A stretch of DNA of 64,000 nucleotides from Octopus vulgaris (Eukaryota): assembly GCA_951406725.2 (NCBI GenBank), contig OX597824.1, positions 30,008,001 to 30,072,000 of the forward strand, given 5' to 3'. Under the pieces are notes generated by a model. It saw only the letters and a program-made list of their open reading frames with translations. It searched no databases and was not told where the DNA came from. This document shows positions 54,038 through 64,000 of this stretch, piece by piece (the first letter of the stretch is position 1; each line of letters starts with the position of its first letter). The position numbers and the translations under genes were made by a program.

Positions 54038-55576
54038 ACATGCACAGACACATACACCATCATCACTACATCATCCTCATCATCAATTTAATGCCCACTT
54101 TTCTGTTTGCATGGGTTAAATGGAATTTGTTGAAGAAAACTCTCTTCAAACAGATGTCCTTTATGTTGCCAGCTCTCAACTCTTTCCATGGAAGTTGATA
54201 CTGACCACATGACCAGACATGTTTTCACAGAAGGTTAGAAAGAATAGTCACCACTTGTATGACAGTGATGCTTCCTTACAACTATTATATAATATCAAGG
54301 CAGTAACACACATACATAACACACATGCATGTAAGCATACACACACACACACACTCACATACACACACACAGAGACACACACAGACACACAAACACACAC
54401 ACACACTCACACATATATATCTGATGGGCTTCTTACAACTTTCATCAGCTAAGCCAACTCACAAGGATTTTGTTGGTTCTGGTCTATAGTGAAAGACATT
54501 TTTTCAAGGTGCCATGCTGTAGGACTGAACCTGGAACTGTGTGGTTCCAGGCTGAGTAAACTTCTTACCACACAGCCACATCAACATATATATGCAAATA
54601 TGCACATATGTTGTCCAATCCATGCTAGCATGGAAAACGGACGTTAAATGATGATGATGATGATGATGATGAAATCCTCTAGCATAAAAATACCACCACC
54701 CACCATCTCTTGGGAGCTTGTAATCTTTCGGACTTCATGGTGACCTCACTAGTGTTGGTGGCATGTAAAAAGCACTCAATATATGCTTGGCATTAGGAAG
54801 GGCACTAGGCCATGGAGACCCTGCCAAAGCAGATGCTGGTACTAAATTCGGTCCTTGGACCCAATGGATCCTGTCAACCCATCCAACCCATGACATCAAG
54901 TAACATGGACGTTAAGTGATGAGAATGATGATGATATTGATAAACAGCAGGCTTCTTTCAGTATCTAAATCCATTGACAAATGTTTGGTTGGCCCAGGTC
55001 TATGATAGAAGACCCTTCCTCAAAGGACACCATAGTCATATCTTGAATGCTTTTGTTCATAGGTTTGCTGACTCAAGAATGACCAGGGCTAAAACACCAC
55101 CAACAATAACAACAACAACAGCAACATGATTAAACGAGCACAAAAATTTAAATACCATGGTTAGACCAATTAAAGAATATAAAAAAAAAAAAAACAAAAA
55201 ACAGAATAATATATCAGGGAAGTGGGGACACAATACAAGCAAAACATAAAAACAGGAATTTAAAGATCTGGCATAAGAGTGGCAGAAACCAGATAAAACA
55301 TGATGGAAAAAAGATAAAGAAAATAACTTAGTGGTGAAGTAATTAGTAACTAATCATATAGTTCTACTTCATATACACCCTTTCCTATAACATTTACAGC
55401 TTGTTGTCCCCCCTACGGCTCTCATTTCTAATATGATCCTTCTTATCAGTGGACATCAGAAGAGCGAGGGAAGAAGCCAGGGAAATGTTATGTTATGTTT
55501 AATGTTAAGTAGGATAGATAGGAGTTCTATCATGTCATGTACGAAGCTGCTGGGTGTACAAAAGTAACTGCACAAC

Positions 55577-55623
<47 letters not shown>

Positions 55624-55910
55624 CATATAAATTCTTTTATTCTTTTATTTGTTTCAGTCAGTTGACTGCGGCCATGCTGGAACACCACCTTGAAGAGATT
55701 TTAGTTGACCGAATCAACTGCCGAACGTTATTTTTCAAGCCTAGTTCTTATTCTGTCGGTCTCTTTTGCTGAGTCACTAAGTCATGGGGATGTAAACACA
55801 CCAACACCAGTTGTCAAGCGGTGTTGGGAGGACAAGAGCAAACAAAAAGTTATGCACACATGATTTTTTGACATGCATATATATATATATTGACATGCAT
55901 ACATACATAC

Positions 55911-55959
<49 letters not shown>

Positions 55960-55965
<6 letters not shown>

Positions 55966-57243
55966 AATCCCATAAATAATGCAGTTTATTTATACTTCTT
56001 TTAATTTTCAAAATTAAAATAAACAAAGTTATTTTTTAATCTAGAATATACACCCCTTCATTTTCTACAATGCTCTTCTATCTATCTCGTAAACTTGCAA
56101 GGCCTCTCTTCCAAAATTCATTCGCCTGTGATGAAAAATATTCTTCCAATACTGTTCAAACTTCATCTATAAAATCCAAATTTTTTCCGTCCAAATGATT
56201 TTGAAGACTGCAAAATAAATGATAATCAGATGCAGCAATGTCTGGCGAATATGGTGGGTGGGGCATCGTTTCCCATTCACACTGCTCCAGCCTTTGGAAT
56301 GTCATCATTTCTGTTGGTGGCCGAGCATTATCCTGATGGAAAAACACTTTTGGTCTTGAAACCAAAGATGGCTGTTTCCTTCTAGCGCTGACTTAAGCTG
56401 CTCAGGCTGCTTGCAGTAGATCTCTTTTGTTATCATTTGTTATCGTGTAAAGGTTCAAAGTGGACTAAATTTTTCATGTCCCACCAAATAGATAACAACA
56501 CTTTATGTATGTGAAGACCTTCTTTAGCCTGGGATACCAGTGTTTCTCCTTTCCCTACCCCGCTGTCTTTGGTGCTTGACATTTTTATAGAGAATTCATT
56601 TCTCATCACCAGTTAGTATTCGGTCTAAAAAAGGCTCATTCGAGAGATGTGACAGCAAAAAAGAGACACATTCACTCTCTGCATGTGATTACACTTGACG
56701 AGTTTGTGAGGAACCCATTGACCCAATTTGCTGACTTTTCCAATGGCACGCAGGTGCCAAGGAATAATTGAATGTCCAAATCCAAGTTTCTCTGCTAGTT
56801 CCTCAGCAGTTACAATGGGATTTTGTTCCACCAGGGTTTGCAGGATGTCCTCGTTGAGCTCTACAGATGCTCCAGGATGAGGCTCGTCTTCTAGGCTGTA
56901 GTTTCTGGTTTGGAATTTCTGGATCCGCTGTTGACCCTGGTTTGCACTTATTCTCCAATCCCCATATACTGTATTAATATTCCTTGCACTTTCCATTGCG
57001 TTGTTGCCTTTATCGAACACATAAAGCAAAATATGCCGAATATGTTCCTTTGTCATTTCCATTATAGCTTTGAAAAAGTAACTTAAAATCGAACTGCATT
57101 CTTCAAAACTTCCACTAAGACTAAGAGTAAGGTAAAATTACTACCTGATCTTATTGGCAGTTGGTGCAGGTAGTTTATCTTGTCCTTCTCCAACTATTAG
57201 TTCATGCAATTGAACTAATATATAGATATACTAATTGACCCAA
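55960..57243 (-). mobile_element. Mariner (DD34D) transposon with pseudogenised transposase
   Basis: EHIRHILLYVF..WVPHKL, ILTGDEK, FHQDNARP and HPPYSPDIAASDYHLF motifs split by stops and frameshifts; degenerate TATTGG termini within TA tracts. Confidence 0.93.
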
Positions 57244-57280
57244 TATATATATAGTTTAAACTCGCCAAGAATATTTGAAA

Positions 57281-57344
57281 CCACCTGAAGAATGTCTACT
57301 ACTCAAAGATGTGATGAAAAGAAGACATGAAACGATCGTGGTGG
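57281..57344 (+). ncRNA. Hammerhead motif with non-canonical G at position 17
   Basis: CCAC-CTGAAGA-ATGTCT..AGACAT-GAAA-CGATCG-TG-GTGG. Confidence 0.72.
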
Positions 57345-57447
57345 ATATTAATAATTGTTAAATTTCTAAATTATATAAATTAATTTATGTATTGGATTAA
57401 GTCTTTCTTTGTTTGATTTGCATAATAGTGGTTTTGTCTCTAATTTG

Positions 57448-57497
<50 letters not shown>

Positions 57498-57722
57498 GAC
57501 GGACTTCTTTCAGTTTCTGTCTACCAAATCCAACGAAAAGGTTTGGCTTAACCTGAGGCTATAGTAGAACCCACTTGCCCAAGGTTCTATGCAGTGGGGC
57601 TGAACCCAGAACTATTTAGCTGGGAAAGAAGCTTCTGACCATAGGGCTATGCCTGCATCTATATATATATACATACCGTCCAACCCATGCTAGCATGGAG
57701 AACGGACGTTAAACGACGATGA

Positions 57723-57774
<52 letters not shown>

Positions 57775-58271
57775 GCTTGTGCATGTGTGTGTGTGTACAT
57801 ATTTATATATGTGGGTGTGTATGTGTGCATGTATATATATGTATGTATACATATATACACGCACACACACACACACATACACACAGATATATTTGCACAT
57901 GCATAAGTACATTGTAAGTTAGACTATAAAACTTAGGATGTAATTTTATTCATCAATAATTAGTTTCTCTCTGTTTAAGACTTAGCTTCTTAATTATGTC
58001 TGAATATCAATGACATATAAAGCTATTTATTCATAAAAACAAGACACACATGTTAATACTCAGTGTGTATGGGGTGTGGTAGGGGCAGGGATGCATTTGT
58101 ACATGTATATATACATGTTATTACACCATATGTATGTAATGATTTCACTCAGGCATAGTGATTCTAATATACAGCTGTAAGAAAATCAATATACACATGC
58201 TTTAGGTAAATAGAGAGTGTAATATAAATTAATGAATGACAAAAGAACAGGAGTATGTAATAACTCTCATT

Positions 58272-58353
58272 AGCTTACAGCGGTTTCTGCTACAAAAAAC
58301 CAGTGCACTCAGAGCTGAGTGTTTGTGCAACATCTTATAGCTCCCTCAGAGCC
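58272..58353 (-). ncRNA. Decayed hammerhead motif
   Basis: Minus strand GGCT-CTGAGGG-AGCTATAA..TTGTAGCA-GAAA-CCGCTG-TA-AGCT. Confidence 0.5.
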
Positions 58354-58559
58354 ATACACACACACACACACACACACACATATCATCATCATTTAGCGTC
58401 TGTTTTACGATGATGATGATGATGATATATATGTATATATATATATATTGATAGAAATGGTAAGACAACAAAAGAATGAAAGAGACTTAGATATTATGTA
58501 AATAGAGGAATTTATCAGTACATAGCTCTACTGGTCAGTTATTAGCTGTTCTAATACAT

Positions 58560-58730
58560 TACTGGTCAATATGGGCTTCTATTGTCTTCCAATCTCTTTG
58601 TTACCAGTTAACAACTTCATGTGTCCACCTGTTGGACACATGACTGGCCCAGTGTTATTTGTACTTTTGGATTTTGGAATCATATTATTCACTGCACTCC
58701 ATTCTCGAAATATCTTGAGTATTTGGTTAT
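58560..58730 (-). pseudogene. RTE LINE C-terminal fragment
   Basis: Minus strand HWASHVSNRWTHEVVNW*QRDWK matches the RTE WAGHV..NRWT..W-PR motif. Confidence 0.6.
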
Positions 58731-58812
58731 CTGCAAAGTAAAAGACATCTGGAAAGAGACTTTGAGAGAACTATAGAATGAAAAAGCTGCTGTGAAAGGG
58801 AAGAAAAGTTTA

Positions 58813-58862
<50 letters not shown>

Positions 58863-59629
58863 GGGACTCCAGGTCATCTGCATCACTCAGGCTCATCACA
58901 GATTTCACATATGACACATACCTGCTTGAAGAATATCATGCTTTTCTGCAATATTTCAAGCCCCAAAATGGCTTATTTTTTACATCTAGTCTTTCTCCAT
59001 TTCTAAGTTAGTGGTAAAAATAAAGCAACCCTGTAAAACACAACTGATCTTGATCTTTGCACTCAGATGCACAGAATAACAGCAATCAAATAACGACACC
59101 GGAGTGCACAACAAACTTCACCAATCTGACTGTCGCCTGTACTCTTGATAAGAGACACCAGTTAGTCTTTTACACCTGCCAGGGTTGTTCATATTAGCCC
59201 TAGTTGATGGGTAATTTTTCATTTCAAGAATATACTGGAATTTAAATCCTAATCGCTATAGAAATTTATTGTTTCAAGAAAACATTGAATTTGAATTACT
59301 TTTAATTTTTACGATTATAGATAACAACTCGGGCTGTAATTTCTGATCCTGAGTCAGGCATCTGTGAACGATGTCAAGAGAAAGTCTGCTACGAAAGATA
59401 TTTTTTGATACAGGACACCTCTAAGACGACCACCAGACGCTGAACAAAAATAAATAAACTGCAACCAGGCCCAATAAAAGGAGCCCAAGTTATTGGCTGA
59501 AATTACATACTTGAAGTCAGTGTTGGCAGAAATTAAATCAGCTTGAAAATACATGTTCACGTCACTAAATTTATACTAGGGCTAAGCTCAAACAGCCCAA
59601 GTGCCAGAGTCACCACTGGTAAATATATG

Positions 59630-59661
<32 letters not shown>

Positions 59662-59699
59662 TATATACATATATATTAATGTTAGGTTTCTTATAGTAG

Positions 59700-60265
59700 T
59701 AGATTTGATTCCTGTCTCCCAAATTCACTATGGTATCCCAGGGCTATAACAGTAAACACTTGCCCATGGTATCATACAACAAGACTGAACCCAAGACTAC
59801 ATGGTCACAAAACACACTTCTTAACCACACAACAACACCTGCACCTCTATATAGGTGCAGGACTAGTTGTGTGGTAAGTAACTTGCTTACCAACCACATG
59901 GTTCCGGGTCCAGTCCTACTGTATGGCACCTTGGGCAAATGTCTTCTTCTATAACCTCGGACTGACCAAATCCTTGTGAGTGGATTTGGTAGACAGAAAC
60001 TGAAAGAAGCCTGTCGTGTGTGTGTGTGTTTGTGTGTGCGTGTGTGTGTGTGTTTTTGTGTGTATGTGTGTGTAAATTTGTGTGTATGACTGTGTTTTCC
60101 CACCTCACCATCACTTGACAACTGATGTGGGTGTATTTATGCCCCTGTAACCTAGCGATTTGGCAAAAGAGACTAGGCTTACAAAGAATAAGTCCTGTGG
60201 TCAATTTGTTCAACTAAAGGCGATGCTCCAGCTTGACCACAGTTAAATGGCTGAAAGAAATAACA
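59700..60265. mobile_element. Head-to-head pair of SINE family A copies
   Basis: Minus fragment ending CCTGCACCT and plus copy starting AGGTGCAGG around a CTATAT spacer at about 59850. Confidence 0.82.
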
Positions 60266-60394
60266 GGATATATATATGTATATATCATCATCATCATCGT
60301 TTAATGTCTGTTTTCCGTGCCAGCACGAGTTGGACAGTTCGACCGGGGTCTGGGAAGCCAGGAAACTGCACCAGGCTATATATATATGTATATA

Positions 60395-60508
<114 letters not shown>

Positions 60509-60964
60509 TACACATACATACACACACATACATTGATTTGTGTGCACATGTATACATCACATATACAGGCAATATATATATATATATATATAAAATACTG
60601 TATTTACCTATTAAATATGTTAGAATCTTCTGCATATCTATGTATTTGATATGAAAGTAATCATAGAGGAAAATTAAAACAAAATTTATAGCTCAATTAT
60701 AATACAATTGTCTTCGATTATATTTATAGAAATATACTAGTTTCCACTTTTTATGTCTCTTTTATAATTACCAACTATTTAAACATACATCTTTCTGTCT
60801 CTTTCTTTCTCTTTTTCTTTCCTTCTCTCTCTCTCTCCCTCTCTCTTATTCTGCATGGTCTCACCCGCCCAACCATACAGACATGCACATATAAAATATG
60901 CATGCATGTTACATATATAATTGTGTTTGTTCATATATGTATATAGATAGATAGATAGGTAGAC

Positions 60965-61025
<61 letters not shown>

Positions 61026-61039
61026 CATACATACATACA

Positions 61040-61073
<34 letters not shown>

Positions 61074-61449
61074 CATACATGCATATATACATGTGTGTGT
61101 GTGTGTATGTATGTATCTTTTATCTTTTACTTGTTTCAGTCATTAGATTGTGGCCATGCTGGGGCACAGCCTTGATGAATTTTTAGTCAAATTAATTGAC
61201 CCCAGTGCTTATTTATTTTAAGCCTGCTACTTATTCTATCGACCACTTTTGCTGAACTGCTAAGTTATGGGGACATATACGCATCAACGCTGGTTATCAA
61301 GTGGAAGGCAAGGGGGACAAACACAAACACAAAGAGAGAGAGAGAGAGATACACACACACAAGGCTTTGGTCAGCCCAAGACAATAGTAGAAGACACCTG
61401 CTCAAGGTGCAACTTTTTTTTCCTTTTCTTCTTAGTTTCATGGGAGAAA

Positions 61450-61775
61450 ATTTAAGTAGTGGGATGTCCACATCTGTTACAAGCTTGTTGATGCCCAATG
61501 AGTCAGATTAAAAACAAACAGGCACATGCAGAGGCCACGTGGGAAGATAGACTGGTCAAAACTGGCTCTCCTTGTTAGTTCTCATTTTTCTCTTGTTGGC
61601 AAGGATGGTATTGCCTTCATTTTCAAAGGAGGCTGTGGTCCAGTGGACAATGAAATGCCAAGCTTCATGGTCAGTGGCTAGAACAGACCACTGGCTGCGA
61701 TCAATTTGATGGGCACCAAATGATTTCGTTGTACATCTTCTTTGAAGCCAGTGATCCTCCATCTGGTCATATATA
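61450..61775 (-). pseudogene. RTE/BovB-like LINE 3' fragment
   Basis: ORF 61556-61780 IDRSQWSVLATDHEAW..TASFE..KRK resembles the RTE C-terminus. Confidence 0.65.
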
Positions 61776-61793
61776 TACATTTCGAAATAACTA

Positions 61794-62308
61794 CCATAAA
61801 TCCCTGAGTATAATACGCAGGGGATTTTTAGGGAGCTGTACTCCTGAAAAACTTAAACCTTGTGTATAATACGCACCCCTTCTCTAACTTGAGTCGTGCG
61901 TAATTAAGCCAGCAGTACCTACCTAGTCGAACAAACACTTCCGCACATGCGTAATACAATAATGGTGATGTTCTTAACTGTTATATGGGAATGTAAATAT
62001 GTTTGCAAATTGTTTTTGTTACATGTTATTCTGTGTTCTGAATACTTTTATTTTAATAAATGTTGCTTATGGATGATTCTTTTATGACTTCATTGCTTAT
62101 GGATGATTCTTTTATGACTTCATTGCTTTCAGGCTTAGCTTAAGGTATTTTTGCACCCAACATCACAAAATGTGTCTGAACAGCAAATAGAGACTCGGAC
62201 ATTGCTTAGAAGATATTTTCCATTTTTAACCTCGTATATAGAATGCACTAGGGATTTTGACCATTAAATTTTGGAAAGAAAATGCAAATTATACTCGAGA
62301 ATTTATGG
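61794..62308. mobile_element. pogo/Tigger-type MITE
   Basis: TA|CCATAAATCCCTGAGTATAATACGCA ... TGCAAATTATACTCGAGAATTTATGG|TA; internal 30-bp tandem duplication. Confidence 0.82.
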
Positions 62309-62791
62309 TATATCATAACCAGCATATAGATATTAACAGCCACCTTTCTCATGCTTGCATAAATCAGATGGGCTATCTGCAGCCAGATGCCATTCTTCTT
62401 GCGGAACATCCACTTTCAACCAAGGTTATACTTCTCTATGTCCAAACATGTTTTGTTGTTAGAATAGAAAAGAATATCACTGATGTATAACAGCGACATT
62501 TGTTTACAACTATTGTGCAATATCAATAAAGACATCACAAACACACACACACTACCATTCACATACACACACTAACATTCACACACACGCACACACACAC
62601 ATACTCACAAACTCATAAATACAATATATGTATATAATCTACTACAACCACTAACACAGCTTTGGCCAGCCGAAGGGATCCATGGAATACACTTGTTTCA
62701 GATGTCATGTGATGGAAATGAACCAAGAACCACATGGTTGGAAAGCAAGCTTCTGAAATACACAGCTACATCTGCACCCTTCAATCTATTA

Positions 62792-62859
<68 letters not shown>

Positions 62860-63034
62860 ATAGATAGATAGATAGATAGATAGATGAATAGAGAAATATA
62901 TATATACACACATATGTATATACATATATATATACACACATACACACACGCACACATATACATACATACACCCACACAAAGACACACAGCTTTAGGTATA
63001 TCTATTTGGCTCTCTTTTACACTCTCCTATTTTT

Positions 63035-63113
<79 letters not shown>

Positions 63114-63689
63114 TATATATATATACACGTAAATGTACGTCTTTATATTCATAGGGACACTTACACATACTCTCTTTCACACACACACACACACACTCAC
63201 ATATGTGTGTCTGTGTGTGTGTGTGTGTGTGTGTGTTTATCTGCATGTGTGTGTATGTATCTGCACACACACACACACACACACACACATACATAGATAA
63301 ACTGGTTGGCAGTAGAGTAAGTTTCTTTTATAAGCAATAAAATAACAGACCATGTATTAATAGTCTAGATGCCAATAAGTAGATTTTATACCAATAAATA
63401 TATACATTTTATATTTTGCCAAATGATACAAACAAAGAAAAAACACTCACAATATTTTTATATAAAGTCTTAAATCTAATTATGTATGCATATTCACAAC
63501 TCATAATCTTTAATTATGCAGCATATTTGCTCCTAGACATCAATAATGACAAATAAATTTGGATGTTTAATTATCCATTTGAACTAATTGTGTGTGATAC
63601 ATCTGAGACAGATGTCTGATTTATGTAGATTGCAATTTGGTTATTTGCATTTGGGAGCATAAATATATCTACATCTTTACATATATTGC

Positions 63690-64000
63690 AGAAACACACA
63701 CACACACACATACACACACATGCATACCTACACACACGTATATGTACACAGGCAAAACATACAAATCTGCATGTATACATACATACATACCTACATACTT
63801 ACATACACACCTACATACATACATACATACATGCATACATGCATACATACATATATAGATACATAGATACATGCATACATACATGCATACATACATGCAT
63901 ACATACATACATACATACATACATACAAACATACATACATACATGCATACATACATACATACATGCATACATATGTACATACAAACATACATACATACAT
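63690..64000. repeat. (CA)n/(TACA)n microsatellite
   Basis: Direct inspection. Confidence 0.95.

Noticed and set aside
58922-59031. Minus-strand exon-like segment with TTTTACAG acceptor and GTATGT donor
   Set aside because: Stops in all three frames and no supporting evidence; cannot be called coding

Overview
AT-rich, repeat-saturated eukaryotic DNA with no intact protein-coding gene recognisable; nearly all listed ORFs are microsatellite read-throughs ([16 protein letters not shown]). The SINE families and microsatellite density resemble an octopus (coleoid cephalopod) genome; this assignment is inferred from recalled repeat families, not from a database search. Content: dozens of (TA)n, (CA)n, (TACA)n, (GATA)n and trinucleotide tracts; three tRNA-derived SINE families, one forming a TSD-flanked tandem multimer; three decayed Tc1/mariner transposons; MITEs of hAT, pogo/Tigger and mariner type; non-autonomous Helitrons; RTE LINE 3' fragments; and an R4/Dong-like restriction-endonuclease LINE tail inside (TACA)n. 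The most notable signal is about ten short non-coding Penelope-like terminal remnants, mostly beside (TA)n tracts, each carrying a type I hammerhead ribozyme motif with a very short palindromic stem III. Two have a fully canonical catalytic core (21844-21944 and 48203-48295); the others show graded decay or variant cores. There is also a CpG-rich promoter-like island at about 32.1-32.7 kb and an apparent shift to CpG-depleted repeats after about 44 kb. All folds and alignments were done by eye.
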